The notes: generated from the sequence alone by a model not told the origin. 64,000 nt of DNA from Diplonema japonicum (GCA_964019335.1 OZ025687.1:248001-312000); one strand, 5' to 3'; positions 1 through 12,900 are shown, numbered from the stretch's first letter. Program-made: numbers and translations.

Positions 1-507
1 TCGCTGTCGGAAGACTTTAGAACCGCGATCTGTTTTCTTTTATTGGTTTTTTTGTACTGTACACACCTCTGCTTTGAGACTTGGAACTACCTTGAGCTGC
101 TCTTCGAGCTGCGAAATCTTGTCTTCCAAGAGGTGAGTGGTGGTAGGGGTTGTGGGTTTTGACTGGGATAGATCTGTAATCTGTTGCTCGAGCCCTGTTG
201 TTGTCTTAGCATGTTGCGCCCGCAACTTGTTCATTGAATCTTCGTGTTCTTTTGTTATGGCTGCGATCCTTTCTTTTGCCTCGCTTTCCAGTTTCCGTCC
301 TTTCTTTGCCTCTCTGAGTAGCATGTCGAACTGGCTTTTCCTCACGCTCAACACCTCTTCTTCCGCTTCTTCGTCTTCATCTTCACCTTCTCCCTTTTTC
401 TTTTCTACGCCTGGTTCCTGTCCGTCCTCGAACTCAGGCTGTACTAAGTCTCTGACACCCTCCGACACCGCTCCCAACAAAGCCTTACCATATCCCCATC
501 CATCCAT
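1..507 (-). CDS. Coiled-coil protein, 5' part (runs off the window edge); intron 30-66
   Basis: ATG at 507 (MDGWGYG...), acidic then heptad-rich sequence. A GTGTGT...ACAG 37-nt intron removes the ORF-track stop and the frame stays open to position 1. Confidence 0.6.
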
Positions 508-822
508 TCCTTTTACTTTCACCACCGTCCCTCTCCCCCTTTTCTTTGCTTTTTGAGGGTGTGTGTAAGTATTCAAACGGGTATAAAAAAACAAAAGCCG
601 AGTTTCCCTTTTTTTTTTTTTTTTTTTTCTCTTCCCCCTCTCTTCTTCTTTACTTTCTTCAAAAAAGAACAAGCCAGCAAAACAGGGAGAGGGGCAGGGG
701 AAAAGAAAAGGTATATCCCCGACGTACGTGTGTATGCACTTTCTTACCTCGTACCCCACCCCACCCAAGTTATTATTTTCACTTTTCTTTTTTTTTTTTT
801 TCCTTTTCTTTTTCTTTTTTTT

Positions 823-1503
823 TTACAGCAAAGGTGTTTGTTCATCATCAGTAACATAGCCTTTTGCCGGTGCTGCGGTGAAATCTCTGACACCGACAAG
901 CCAAGAGCGTACACACAAAACTGCACCCCGCAGACAGGAGGAAACGAGGGGGACCAAAGCATTCACACAGGAATCGATACAGATAGATATAGAAAGCACG
1001 CATGTCTCGGGACAACACGAGAAAATGATGAACAAGACACCCAACACCATGTTCACCTCTCCAGTCGTCTCGTAGTCGGTGGGGGAAGAGAGGTCAAACG
1101 AGGTACAAGTGTCCTTAACAGTGCAAGGGTACGATTTGTTGGGCTGGAAACCGGGAAGATCGACCCAGCAGTCTCCGGGTTTTTCATGTGGGCCGCACCG
1201 GCACATGGTTATGCCCTTGTCTTGTAACTCTACGAATTCGTCATATAAAAGTGTTTTGTTGCCGCATTTTTTTGGCGCCACGGCGCTGTATCTGAAGGAG
1301 TGGCCCGAGCAGTTTGTGTAATCCGACACGAGACCGCCGCACTCGTAGCTGCAGTTCCTCTTCTCTCTCTTTGTCATTCTGCATAATTCTTCACTTGCCG
1401 TCTTCAGCCTTTCCTCGCCTATGTCATACACAGCTTTCCCAGTTGAAATCAGCACGCAACCAAACAACGCCGCTATCATCCCAATTGCCACCCTCCGCAG
1501 CAT
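823..1503 (-). CDS. Cys-rich membrane protein, 226 aa, two hydrophobic segments flanking a Cys-rich loop
   Basis: ATG preceded by an A-rich leader; N-terminal hydrophobic helix and a second one (MVLGVLFIIF); many Cys; C-terminal acidic dileucine-like EQTPLL. Confidence 0.7.
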   Translation of the reverse strand: MLRRVAIGMIAALFGCVLISTGKAVYDIGEERLKTASEELCRMTKREKRNCSYECGGLVSDYTNCSGHSFRYSAVAPKKCGNKTLLYDEFVELQDKGITMCRCGPHEKPGDCWVDLPGFQPNKSYPCTVKDTCTSFDLSSPTDYETTGEVNMVLGVLFIIFSCCPETCVLSISICIDSCVNALVPLVSSCLRGAVLCVRSWLVGVRDFTAAPAKGYVTDDEQTPLL

Positions 1504-2066
1504 GGTTATTATTTTTTTTTCTTAATTTTTTTTTTCTTTTTTTGGAAACCAATCAATATATTTTCATTTCCTGCTGTTTTTTTCTTTTAAAAGAAGAAGA
1601 ATGGGCAAAAAAAAAAAAATGGGGGAAGAATGTCTAAAAAAATAAAATCATGGGCTGGTGGGGGGGGGGGGGGGGGGGGGCGTTGACAAAAAAAAAAAGA
1701 AACGTGAAATGAATGAAAATGACTTTTCCTTTTTACACATTTTCAGTTTGCGGTGCTTTTTTCTTCTTTTTTCTTTATGTTTCTTTTGTCGCTTTAAAAC
1801 TTTACTCAAACGGGCAATCGCGGAAGGGGGTCAGAAAGTTATAAAAGAAAAAAATGCCACCATTTCTCAGTTTTTTTTTCTTTTTCAATTCTTCCCGTGC
1901 TCTGAGGGGACAATTAAAAAAGAAAAATTAATACGGCAATAAAAAAATGAGAATATGGTTAAAAAAAAAAAAAAAAAAACTATGAAAAAAATTAAAAACG
2001 TGCGTTACCTTCAAGAAGGGGTTAGGAGGGGAAAGGGGGAATTAATTTTAGAGGAAAGAAAAATAT

Positions 2067-2669
2067 CTAGTTCTCGGCCTCGAAGAACTCAAGGCTGCCC
2101 TTGGGGTCCGCCTTCATGGTCTTGTCACCAGGCTTCCATCCACAGGGGACCACCTCACCGTGCTCGTCGTTGTACTGGAAGGCCTGCACCACACGGAGCA
2201 CCTCGTCCACGTTGCGCCCCACAGGAAGGTCGTTGATGGTGATGTGGCGGAGGGTTCCCTGCGCGTCGATCACGTACAGAGCACGGAGGGCAACACCTTG
2301 GGCGTCACCGTCGCACACAAGGGCACCGTAGTCGGCAGCGATCTGCTTCGTGATGTCCGCAAGGATGGGGATCTTCATCTCACCGAGACCACCCTTGTTG
2401 CGGTCCTGCTTGGTCCAGGCAAGGTGGCTGAACTTGCTGTCCACAGAGCAGGCGATCACCTCACATCCGACCTTCTTGAACTCGTCGTACCTGTCGGAGA
2501 AGGCGGTGATCTCCGTGGGGCACACGAAGGTGAAGTCGAGGGGGTAGAAGAACAGCACCACGTACTTCCCCTTGTAGTCAGAAAGGGACACGGTGTTGAA
2601 GCTCCCATCGGGCATCAGGGCCTCGGCCTTGAAAACGGGGGCGGGCTTCTGGACAATGGCCTTCGACAT
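2067..2669 (-). CDS. Typical 2-Cys peroxiredoxin (tryparedoxin peroxidase-like), copy 1
   Basis: [13 protein letters not shown] peroxidatic motif, GGLG, NDLPVGR, resolving Cys in VVPCGW; 200 aa. Confidence 0.97.
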   Translation of the reverse strand: MSKAIVQKPAPVFKAEALMPDGSFNTVSLSDYKGKYVVLFFYPLDFTFVCPTEITAFSDRYDEFKKVGCEVIACSVDSKFSHLAWTKQDRNKGGLGEMKIPILADITKQIAADYGALVCDGDAQGVALRALYVIDAQGTLRHITINDLPVGRNVDEVLRVVQAFQYNDEHGEVVPCGWKPGDKTMKADPKGSLEFFEAEN

Positions 2670-3223
2670 TTTTTTTTTAAATCAAGTTTTTCTTTTTTTG
2701 CTAAGCGAGAACTGTGAGATGGTACAGGAGTCATCAAGGAAGAAGAGGGAAAGAAAGAAAACACAATAAATGGGGGGCAGGGGAAAGCAGCACAAGAGAG
2801 GACTCCATGCCGCCTTGTTCACCTGTCATTGTAGTATTTATAGTAGACAACGCATGAAGTGTATTTCCTCTGCCCCACAGGGCACCAACGGGTACCTTGG
2901 GAAGTGAGTAGGAAGCTACACCACCATCGCTAGCTTGTCGTGGATGCACGGCTTGGCGGCCAGTATGGCCGTGCATTCCCCCAAATAGGAAAAAGAGAAG
3001 GAAGAAAGGAAGGAAGGAAAACAAACAAAAATAAATTGTGTGGCTATGGCAGCAGCCCGTTCAAGCCAAGAAGAAGAGAAGAAAACAACAGTAAACACCA
3101 GTCTCTCGTAGAAAGGGGGAACCGAAACGGAGTGCAGAGCAAAGGTGTGTGTTGCCAGAGTAGGATGGTGGGATCAAGGTGATGTAACTCCATCTACCTA
3201 TCATCCATCGTGTTTGGGTCTTC

Positions 3224-3826
3224 TCAGTTATCCGCATCGAAGAACTCAAGGCTGCCCTTGGGGTCCGCCTTCATGGTCTTGTCACCAGGCTTCCATCCAC
3301 AGGGGACCACCTCACCGTGCTCGTCGTTGTACTGGAAGGCCTGCACCACACGGAGCACCTCGTCCACGTTGCGCCCCACAGGAAGGTCGTTGATGGTGAT
3401 GTGGCGGAGGGTTCCCTGCGCGTCGATCACGTACAGAGCACGGAGGGCAACACCTTGGTCCCCACCGTCGCACACAAGGGCACCGTAGTCGGCAGCGATC
3501 TGCTTCGTGATGTCCGCAAGGATGGGGATCTTCATCGCCCCAAGACCACCCTTGTTGCGATCCTGCTTGGTCCAGGCAAGGTGGCTGAACTTGCTGTCCA
3601 CAGAGCAGGCGATCACCTCACATCCGACCTTCTTGAACTCGTCGTACCTGTCGGAGAAGGCGGTGATCTCCGTGGGGCACACGAAGGTGAAGTCGAGGGG
3701 GTAGAAGAACAGCACCACGTACTTCCCCTTGTAGTCAGAAAGGGACACGGTGTTGAAGCTCCCATCGGGCATCAGGGCCTCGGCCTTGAAAACGGGGGCG
3801 GGCTTCTGGACAATGGCCTTCGACAT
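3224..3826 (-). CDS. 2-Cys peroxiredoxin, copy 2
   Basis: Same motifs; tandem copy 1157 nt from copy 1. Confidence 0.97.
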   Translation of the reverse strand: MSKAIVQKPAPVFKAEALMPDGSFNTVSLSDYKGKYVVLFFYPLDFTFVCPTEITAFSDRYDEFKKVGCEVIACSVDSKFSHLAWTKQDRNKGGLGAMKIPILADITKQIAADYGALVCDGGDQGVALRALYVIDAQGTLRHITINDLPVGRNVDEVLRVVQAFQYNDEHGEVVPCGWKPGDKTMKADPKGSLEFFDADN

Positions 3827-4358
3827 TTTTTTTTTTTTTTTAAGCGAGTCGAGCGAGAACTGTGAGATGGTACGGATAAGGAGTCATCAAAGAAGGAGGG
3901 AAAGAAAGAAAGCACAATAAATGGGGGGCAGGGGAAAGCAGCACAGGAGAGGACTCCATGCCGCCTTGTTCACCTGTCATTGTAGTATTTATAGTAGACA
4001 ACGCATGAAATGTATTTACTCTGCCCCACAGGGCACCAACGGGTACCTTGGGAAGTAGGAAGCTTGTTCGCGGATGCACGGCTTGGCGGCCAGTATGGCC
4101 GTGCATTCCCCCAAATAGGAAAAAGAGAAGGAAGAAAGGAAGGAAAACAAACAAAAATAAATTGTGTGGCTATGGCAGCAGCCCGTTCAAGCCAAGAAGA
4201 AGGGAAGAAAACAACAGTAAACACCAGTCTCTCGTAGAAAGGGGGCAGAGAGGGAGGCGGAGCGGAGTGCAGAGTAAAGGTGTGCGTTGCCAGAGTAGGA
4301 TGGTGGGATCAAGGTGATGTAACTCCATCTACCTATCATCCATCGTGTTTGGGTCTTC

Positions 4359-4961
4359 TCAGTTATCCGCATCGAAGAATTCAAGGCTGCCCTTGGGGTC
4401 CGCCTTCATGGTCTTGTCACCAGGCTTCCATCCACAGGGAACCACCTCACCGTGCTCGTCGTTGTACTGGAAGGCCTGCACCACACGGAGCACCTCGTCC
4501 ACGTTGCGCCCCACAGGAAGGTCGTTGATGGTGATGTGGCGGAGGGTTCCCTGCGCGTCGATCACGTACAGAGCACGGAGGGCAACACCTTGGTCCCCAC
4601 CGTCGCACACAAGGGCACCGTAGTCGGCAGCGATCTGCTTCGTGATGTCCGCAAGGATGGGGATCTTCATCGCCCCAAGACCACCCTTGTTGCGATCCTG
4701 CTTGGTCCAGGCAAGGTGGCTGAACTTGCTGTCCACAGAGCAGGCGATCACCTCACATCCGACCTTCTTGAACTCGTCGTACCTGTCGGAGAAGGCGGTG
4801 ATCTCCGTGGGGCACACGAAGGTGAAGTCGAGGGGGTAGAAGAACAGCACCACGTACTTCCCCTTGTAGTCAGAAAGGGACACGGTGCTGAAGCTCCCAT
4901 CGGGCATCAGGGCTTCGGCCTTGAAAACGGGGGCGGGCTTCTGGACAATGGCCTTCGACAT
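4359..4961 (-). CDS. 2-Cys peroxiredoxin, copy 3
   Basis: Same motifs; start set at MSKAIV (4961) by comparison with the paralogues. Confidence 0.96.
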   Translation of the reverse strand: MSKAIVQKPAPVFKAEALMPDGSFSTVSLSDYKGKYVVLFFYPLDFTFVCPTEITAFSDRYDEFKKVGCEVIACSVDSKFSHLAWTKQDRNKGGLGAMKIPILADITKQIAADYGALVCDGGDQGVALRALYVIDAQGTLRHITINDLPVGRNVDEVLRVVQAFQYNDEHGEVVPCGWKPGDKTMKADPKGSLEFFDADN

Positions 4962-5079
4962 TTTAAATAATAAAAGTTTTTTGAAGAATAAAAAGCCTGT
5001 ACAACGATACACCAACCAAGGGAAAATAACGCAAAAGAAAACAAAACAAAACAAAAAAAACGTGTAGAAACCGTTTCGA

Positions 5080-6126
5080 TCATGGGAGCATGTCGCCCCC
5101 ATCGTCCCCCCAAAACTCAAGAGGGGTGACACCCTCCTTCATGTAATGCGACGCCATGCAGTACCGTGTGGGGGGGGTGGTGCGAATGTTATCGACAGCA
5201 CGAATCTGCGCAACGCTAAGATTCGTGACTGCAAGCGAGGCCAGGTTCTCCTCGATACGCGAAGGCGTGACGGACTTTGGAATAACGTGAACACCCTTCT
5301 GGACGCCCCACCTGAGCAGCACCTGGGCTGGCGTGAGGCCAGTATCTTTCGAAATCTGCACGATATCAGGATGCTTGATAAGAGGCGTGATGCTCTGCTT
5401 GTTAAGCGCCGCATTCCCAGGCGACCCAATAGGACAGTAAGCCACCAACGCTATGCCATGCTTCTTGCAAACCGCAGCAAGCCTGCCTTGAGGGAGATAC
5501 GGGTGCAGCTCAACTTGATTCGCAACCGGTTTCACAACCGCAGTCTCAAGAAGCGCTTCAAGCTGTTCCACATTAAAGTTCGACACACCAAGCGAACGGA
5601 CAAGCCCTTCATTATACAAAGATTCCATTGCCTTCCAGGTAGACGTAATGGTAGTGGTTTCGTCATGAACTATGTTACCTGGTGTGTCATGACCTGGAAC
5701 AAGGCTGATCGGCCAATGCATGTACCATAGGTCGAGGTATGTTAGGTGAAGGTCTGAAAGGGTTTTGAGAAGGGCAGGTCGGACTCTTGATGGATTGTGG
5801 TCGGTGTTCCATAGTTTTGAAGCGAGGAATAATTTGTGTCGTGTGTTGCGGTTGAGCGTGCTGAATGCGATCTCTCCGATTTCTTTTTCGTTTCGGTATC
5901 TTGGCGATAGGTCGATGTGGGTGTAGCCGTTGGTAAGTGCGTGTTTGACAGCTCTGCCTGCTTCTCCTTCTTTTGCTTTCCACGTGCCCAAACCGAGAGC
6001 AGGTATCTTGATAATCTGTGGATGAGGAGCGGCATCTCGTAAGGCGTTATCATTGCTCCCCCCGAATGTGCCCGAATACCATAATAAGATTAGGAGGCAT
6101 GGTATTATAACATGGGATGCTCTCAT
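5080..6126 (-). CDS. Aldo-keto reductase with N-terminal signal/anchor
   Basis: LGLGTW, catalytic tetrad D/Y/K/H in [16 protein letters not shown]; LGVSNF, NQVELHP, IPKS motifs; hydrophobic N-terminus. Confidence 0.95.
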   Translation of the reverse strand: MRASHVIIPCLLILLWYSGTFGGSNDNALRDAAPHPQIIKIPALGLGTWKAKEGEAGRAVKHALTNGYTHIDLSPRYRNEKEIGEIAFSTLNRNTRHKLFLASKLWNTDHNPSRVRPALLKTLSDLHLTYLDLWYMHWPISLVPGHDTPGNIVHDETTTITSTWKAMESLYNEGLVRSLGVSNFNVEQLEALLETAVVKPVANQVELHPYLPQGRLAAVCKKHGIALVAYCPIGSPGNAALNKQSITPLIKHPDIVQISKDTGLTPAQVLLRWGVQKGVHVIPKSVTPSRIEENLASLAVTNLSVAQIRAVDNIRTTPPTRYCMASHYMKEGVTPLEFWGDDGGDMLP

Positions 6127-6162
<36 letters not shown>

Positions 6163-7174
6163 CCCTGTGTACGGCGAATAGTAATTTAAAGAAGAAGAAA
6201 AAAAAAAAACACAAACAGAAAGCGAGAGAAGAACAGGTTTTGTTTCTTTTTTTTTTTCTTCCCTTTCTTTTCCCCGTTTCTACCAGTTCATTTTTTTTTC
6301 TCTTTTTTTTTTTTTTTTTCCTTCTCTGCCTCATTTCTTGCTCCTTCTCCTTCTTCATCAGGGAGGTAAGCGAGATTCCTCGTTTTTTTTTTTCTTTTTC
6401 TTCTTTTTTTTTTCTTTCTTATTCTTGTTTTTCTTATTCTTTTCCTCTCCCCTAAATCCTTAAAAAGACTTACCCCCTCATATTTTAAGTGTGTAAACTG
6501 CCAAAAGCCAAATGTTTAGGGGGAAGAGAGAGACAAACATGAGCCCGCAAAATCTCCTTGGCGATTTATTCGGTTTTAACGGAAAGCATATTACTTTGGC
6601 ACACTTTAAATGAGGGGGTGACACTCCGAAGCTTGTTTCTTTTTTTCCCTTACGTTTCCTTTTCGTTAGCATTGAACTAAAAAAAAAAAATAATAATAAT
6701 CACTTGCTGAGTGCAGCGTAATAATATGTGTATTTCACCATCACATGCACAAGCAAGGCCATATTTCTTCTTTTTTTTTTTTTTTTTTTTTTCGTTTTTT
6801 TTTTTTTTTTTCTTTCTCATTTTTTTTTCTTTTTCTTTCACTACGTATAAAAAAAGGGGGGAGAGAGAGAAGAAAGAGAAAAAACCCCCCTTTTTTCTTT
6901 TTTTTTTAAAAAAAAAAAATTCTTTTTTCCTTTTATTTTTTTTTTTTGCAGGGCCGCAGCCCCACCCCTTTTAAAAAAGGAGCGGCGGAAAAAAAAAGAT
7001 GGGGGGGTGACTGAAAGAGGGTAAAAGGTTCAAGAGTATCAAAACTTTTTTTTTGTGGGAACAATAACTACAGTAAAGAAGGGAAGGGGGGGAAACTATA
7101 AAAACTATTTTAAAAAAAATTTAATAAATCATCAGCAAAGACGACTGCAAAGGTACGATCTCACATCACATTTC

Positions 7175-8680
7175 TTAATTCCGCCACCTTTGGGGGCTGC
7201 CCTTAGGGGAGCAAGCGTAATCGTAAAGTATATTCTGTGCAACATTGCTGACATCTACCTGGGAGCGCATGGCTGGGAGGGGGCCGTCGAGCGTTGCCCG
7301 TGCCATGAGGTGCTTCGCCAGTACATCTACGTCTCCTGCGTTTTCAATTTGGAAAACATTCGAAGGGATGTTCAGAGCCACAGCATGCTGGACATCAACA
7401 GGCTGCGGAGGAGGTACCTGTGCTGGAGCCTCATACACTTCAATAGGATTAGCAGGTGTTGGGGGTGGTGCTGCCTTGACCTGCGGTGATACCATGTTCT
7501 GATGCATTCTAGGAGGCATGTTGTATATTTCTTCTCTCGGCTGTTGTTGTACTGGTGCCGCTGCCTTCGCCCTTGCCTCGTACAGTGCGCTGTTGAGCCC
7601 AGCGATGTCATGGTCCTTCTCCTTAACGTCTCCCTTCAGTTTCTTCATCGCCATCTCCAGCTCTTTGATCTTCTTCGCTTTTTTGATCACGTCCTGCTGC
7701 ATCCTTGCGAGCCTTGCCTTGTCCTCGCTTGCATTCCCGTTCAGCAGCCGCTCCAGACTCCCGTTGCGGCTGTCCAGCTCCACCACCTTGCGTCTCTCGT
7801 CCTCCAACTCGGCCTGCAGGAGTGCCAGCTGCTCTGACCTGCCAAAAGACTTGTTTGCAAACTGTATGCTGGTGTTGTTCACTTGCATGCCTGCTGTAGT
7901 GTTGTGCATGCCTGCTGCAGTGTTGTGCATGCCTGCTGTAGTGTTGTGCATGCCTCCAGTTGTAGCGTGCATGACTGTCGTGTTCTCCAACTCTTGTTGC
8001 ACAGCCGTGTGCACCTCCCCCAGCTGTGTGGCGGATGCCGTTTGGATGCTCTGCCTTCTTGCCTCTGCGGCGAGCGGCAGTTCGACGACGCTCCCCTGCG
8101 ACCTGGGCAGCGTCCCGATGCTGTCGTGCAGCGACCGTGCAGGGACGGAGCGCGGAGTGCCTTGCAAAGACGGCGGCACAGAACCGGAGGGCGATCTTGG
8201 GTTTTGGCTCGGCGATGCAGCTGGCGATGACCGAACAGAGGCATGCGGGGACCTTGCAGGTGAATGAACTGAAGGTGGCGCTTGAGGAGAGCCGCTTGGC
8301 GCTGCGAAGAAAGGTGCCTTTCTTAACTGAGGCGAGCCCAGAGGCGAGCCTTGGGGTGACCTCCTTGGTGAAGGGACAGGCGCCGCAGATGGAGTGCCTG
8401 CCTTGGAGCCAACAGGAGCCCCCGCAGCTGAGTGTGCAGGGGATCCGCTTACCGAACCTTTTTGAGAGGCCACTCTTTGAGAGGCCATAACGGGAGAACC
8501 CGGTGATGTCTGCTTGGGGTCAGGGAACTGAACTTTCGGTGAAACTGGAGACCTTACAGAGGCAGGGCCTGGCGATGCAGGAGGCTGCTGCGGGGTCGAC
8601 CGGTGCGACTCAGGTTTGCGCATCGACGCGTTCAGGGCAGCGACGTCCTGAGCTTGGGGCTGCTCGCTAGCAACAGACAT
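7175..8680 (-). CDS. Ser/Pro-rich protein with central coiled coil, 501 aa
   Basis: Long ATG-initiated ORF with coding-like composition; many SP motifs. Confidence 0.8.
   Translation of the reverse strand: MSVASEQPQAQDVAALNASMRKPESHRSTPQQPPASPGPASVRSPVSPKVQFPDPKQTSPGSPVMASQRVASQKGSVSGSPAHSAAGAPVGSKAGTPSAAPVPSPRRSPQGSPLGSPQLRKAPFFAAPSGSPQAPPSVHSPARSPHASVRSSPAASPSQNPRSPSGSVPPSLQGTPRSVPARSLHDSIGTLPRSQGSVVELPLAAEARRQSIQTASATQLGEVHTAVQQELENTTVMHATTGGMHNTTAGMHNTAAGMHNTTAGMQVNNTSIQFANKSFGRSEQLALLQAELEDERRKVVELDSRNGSLERLLNGNASEDKARLARMQQDVIKKAKKIKELEMAMKKLKGDVKEKDHDIAGLNSALYEARAKAAAPVQQQPREEIYNMPPRMHQNMVSPQVKAAPPPTPANPIEVYEAPAQVPPPQPVDVQHAVALNIPSNVFQIENAGDVDVLAKHLMARATLDGPLPAMRSQVDVSNVAQNILYDYACSPKGSPQRWRN
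7884..7973. repeat. 21-bp coding minisatellite (~4 units; GMHNTTA)
   Basis: tgcatgcctgctgYagtgttg repeated in tandem. Confidence 0.9.
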
Positions 8681-8768
8681 TGTATCTTCCCCACCCTCCC
8701 GCCTGTGGTGATGTTAAGTTACGTTGCAAAAAACTCTGTTGGAAAAGAAAAAAAAATGGTTCTTATTG

Positions 8769-9434
8769 TTATGCCTTCTTTTTAAAAAGGTAGCCAGACA
8801 GCCTTGCAGTCCACCGCAATTTCCTACCGAAGTACATTGCGAGGTAAAGGCACACAGGGCGGGTAAGGTGCCCGAGAGCGATGACGATGGACACGAGGGC
8901 AGCAAGCTCTGCTTGAGGGATACTGGAGTAGAAGGAGCCAGTGGCGGCGAGGGAGAGATAGAAACCGATTAAGCTGAGGGGGAGACGCAAAAGGAGGTAA
9001 AGGTAAAAAACAGCAGGGCCTTCAGTTCGAATGATATGGAAGCAGCGGGAAGGGTGCTTGAGGAGATAAAGAATTTGCTGGGCAGCGGTCTCGTCGAGAG
9101 GGGTGAGTTGAGAAGTCAGTAGAGTGGAGGGCTTTCTCCACCCGTCAGCGGTGCCAAACACCATACCATCTTCAACGCTATCAACAGTCGTCCTCTCGCC
9201 ACTGTGTTCTACCCTTGACCCTTCCTTAACCCATCCCGGGGCCTCCTTCATGTCTATTTTTTCCACTTCACCAAAAACTGTGGGCGACTTCCACCCCCTG
9301 CGTAAGATTAAAGGCTCTCCGTTTGTGATGTTCTTTACTCTGCCAACTACCCATGGTTCTTGCCCATCTCTAACTTTTACAAATTCCCCTGCTTGCCAGC
9401 ACCATCTCCTTTGAAACATGAGCCCACGGTACAT
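8769..9434 (-). CDS. Hypothetical membrane protein, possibly mitochondrial
   Basis: Start MYRGLMFQRRWC looks like a short Arg-rich presequence; C-terminal hydrophobic segments. Confidence 0.65.
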   Translation of the reverse strand: MYRGLMFQRRWCWQAGEFVKVRDGQEPWVVGRVKNITNGEPLILRRGWKSPTVFGEVEKIDMKEAPGWVKEGSRVEHSGERTTVDSVEDGMVFGTADGWRKPSTLLTSQLTPLDETAAQQILYLLKHPSRCFHIIRTEGPAVFYLYLLLRLPLSLIGFYLSLAATGSFYSSIPQAELAALVSIVIALGHLTRPVCLYLAMYFGRKLRWTARLSGYLFKKKA

Positions 9435-9992
9435 AGCTTGTTTTTTTCTTTTTTTTGTTGCTCCTTCTGTTGAATGTATACATGGGATTTCGAAAAAAAC
9501 AAGATAGAGAAAACATGGAAACGAGAAGATAGAGAAAAGAAAGAAAGAAAAATGGAGGGATGGGGGGTGGAAAACACATTTTACATATGGGGGGGGGGGG
9601 GGGGGGGTGCTTTGGTTGCATTTCACAAAAAAGAAAGGAATCTCGGGCGAATGAAGGTTGCACAGAACAGGTTTCTTTGGGGTTTCCTACTTTCTTTTCC
9701 CACTCCTCTTTTTTGTAGTTCTCTTCTAACTTCCTTCTTTTTTTTTTTTCTTCCCTGACCGGAACGAACGAAGTGGGGGGAGGAAATAAGATACAAATAA
9801 AAAAAATTGGTAAAAGGACAGTGAAAAGCTTGACCATTCCCTTGTTTTAAGAAAAAAAACCCCCCTTCCTTCTTTAAAAAATCTATGGGGAGGGGAGGGA
9901 TCATCCCACTTCTCCTTTTCTCAAAAGAAAAAAAAGAATAAATTCTAAAAACCAATCGTCTACCAAATTCTTTTTTTTTTTTTTACATTATT

Positions 9993-12900
9993 CTAGAACG
10001 CCATTGACACGAGCCTGTTTAGAGAAGGGGGGGACGTTTGGGAAGGAGGGGGATCCCTAGGATAAGCCGCTGTTGCAGCAATAGTATGGATCGTGGGGGT
10101 GGTAGGATAGTCACGTGGTGGCCTAGGGGATATCCTACCCGGGACTGGGCAGGATTCTGAATGGTTACGATCGCAATTCGGATCCGCAGGTCTGTCACGA
10201 AGATCGTTCAAACCAATAGAGTATTTGATGACAAGCCCCCCACAGAATTCTTCAAGCTTCTCCACTTCATTTATCCCGTAAGGATCGGTGACTGGCCGGA
10301 GGTCTTGAACCTTTCCAAAAATATCTGTCACATCAGTCAATACCTCACCCCATCCCGGTTCCATACACCTGCGGGGGGACACACTCCTCTGTGGGGACAC
10401 ATTCCTGTGCGGGAACTCCGCCATCTCTGTGAATCTGTCCTGCAACTGTCTGTACTTGCTTTCCTTTGTCTTCATCTGGTCGGCGACAAGCTGCACCACA
10501 CATTTCAAAGCTGCGTTCTCAATGTCTTTGTCATCCCCTTTCACGTCTGTGTTCTTCACTAGATTCAGAACGTGTGCGTAGGCAGCCTGCAGCCTTTTGA
10601 TGCTCGCCTTCAATTCGACGCTCTTGTTGTCCAGTTTCGTTGTGTCAAGTTCGAACGCAGATTTCAGCGATTTCAATAGCTCTTCGTCCTCTCTGCTGCT
10701 CAGCCGTTCCATTCGCAAGAGGTTTTCCATTTTTTTGAAGTCCGCCTTCACCTTCGACCGTTCGTCGTTCAGCTCAGAGATCGCTGTGGCGTCTGCCTCC
10801 AGCTCTAACGTTTTCGAACGCAGGATGGCTGCGATGTTCCGCAGCGCGTCGCTCTGCTCTTTCGACATGTTGTCGGCCTGCCCTGCCATCACTTGCTTCT
10901 CTTCCAGCTCTTCAAGTTCTTGCCTCAGCTTTGTGTTGACACGCAACTGTTGTTGATACGCATCGGTCATCTCTTGCAGCTCGTCGTTCCGTCGCTTCAA
11001 CTGATCGCCGTCCTCCCATACGGGCAGAGGCAGCATAGAGTCATGCGAGCTGTGGTGCACGTGTTTGATGGGAGTCGGTGATCCTGACTGGATCAACGAC
11101 AGTTCGTTGGTGACAGAGTCACACTTCTGCTTCCATTGCAGGATCTCCACCTCTTTCTGCTGCGACTCTTTCTTCGCGACAGACAGCCTTTGCTTCAAGG
11201 CAATGGCATGATCCTTGAGGTTCGTCACCTTCGACTCCGCCTCGGCAAATCTGTCGACCAGCTGATTCTTGTCGATCGTAAGGAACATGTTCTTGCTCTT
11301 GAACTCCGCAATGGTTTTCCGAAGCTGCGCTACTAGTTCGTTGGAGGTGGCGAGCTTCGCTTGAAGAGCTGCTACTCTGGCACTGTCGTCAGATTCCCGG
11401 TTCGCTCCCAGCTGCGACTTCATCGCAATCATTTGTGTTTTGAGGTGTTCCTTGTCCTCCTTCAGCAGTGCTATCTGCTCAGCAACGTCTCTGCACGCAT
11501 CTTCTGCGATGTCCGCTTTCCCTGTCATCTCCTTGGCGATTGTCTTGTAGTCCTCGGCGGTTTGGTTGTTTGTTTCTGCTTGCAGCTCGGCGTCAGCAAG
11601 GCTACCCCTCAGCTCAGCTACCACATCTTCAAGCTGGTCGTGGCGCAGTTTCCACTCTTGCTGCTCCGCTTCGTAGCCTACACCTCTGTACTCCGACGGG
11701 TCTTCAAGCATTTTGATGTATGCCTCCTGTGCAGGTGTATGTGGATATAACACATTTTTCATACCTGCTCCTTTATGGTTTCCTTCAGCTTCTGAACATC
11801 TCCTTCTCGGTCTGTCCTCGGGGGGCTCATGGTGGAACCGTGGCTGGTCATCTCACGCTCGTTCCTCTGTGTTGCGTGGTGGAGGAACAGGGATTGCATA
11901 CCATCGTCTCGTAGTCGGCACACAGCTTGTTGATCTCGCCCTGCTTCTCGTCACATAGCTGGTCGCTGTTCTCCAAGTGGTTATGCAGGCGTGCTATTTC
12001 ATCTTCCAGCTCTTGCTTCTCTTCCGAAGCCTTGCTGAGCTCTGTTTCCAGGTCAACTACCCTCTCGTTGGCAAGCTCGATTTGTGCTTGCACGTCGGCT
12101 TCGTGAGGTCGCTGTCGCAACTCGTTTCGCAACTCCCTCTCTGAGGTCTGTAGCCTCTGCACGAGGTCCTCCTGTGAATTCTGCTGGAACTGCTCCATCT
12201 TCGCTTCTGTTTCCATGAGCTGCTGGGTCAGGATGTCGAGCTGCTGGTTGACATCTGTGTGCTTCAGGGCCTCCACTTCTTCACCCAGTGCAGTGCACTC
12301 GTCTTGCTTTCGCTGCAGCATCTCGTCTGTTTTCTTGAACCTCGAGATCAAGTCGTCCAGCTGGCGTGTCACTTTGTTGTTTTCCTCGTCCAAGCTGCGG
12401 ATCTTGGCCTCCGAGCGCCTGAGTTTCCCTGCGAGGTCGTGCTGGACTATGCCCTCCACGCTGGGGTCGCCCCTCTGGCTGCGGGCATCGCGCAGTGCAT
12501 CTTCCGTTTCTGTGAGCTGACTTTTGAGGTCGTCGACTTCATTGTTTGCCTCCTGAAGTTCTTCCTCCAATTGGCGTACTTTCAGCTGCATGGTGTCACG
12601 TTCGTCCATAATACGAGACTTCTCAGGTGTGCCCCCACCTCCGACTATTTGCCCGCGTAGAGACTCCATCTCACAGACGGACTCCTGTAGCTCATCTTCC
12701 AGAACGCGAATTTCTAGCAGTGCGTCTTTCAGCTGTTTTGCAGTTTCCCCTTGAGCATCGCCTTGGTCGATCGACAGGTGTGTCTCGTTCAACTTCCTGC
12801 GTTCAGTTTTAGCATCGGCATCTGCCGCCCTCTTGGTTGCTGCTTCGGTTAGGTTCATCCTCAGTTCCTTGATTGCAGAGTCAGCATCAGAAAGGCTTTG

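Larger units (their letters stand above)
2064..3842. repeat. ~1.78-kb direct repeat (Prx-spacer-Prx), copy A
   Basis: Near-identical to 28191-29969 (offset 26,127), including the 554-nt spacer. Confidence 0.95.

Noticed and set aside
4962-5132. N-terminal extensions on Prx copies 3 and 5 as targeting peptides
   Set aside because: They start at non-ATG codons, consist of low-complexity UTR sequence, and the copy 3 extension overlaps the AKR gene.
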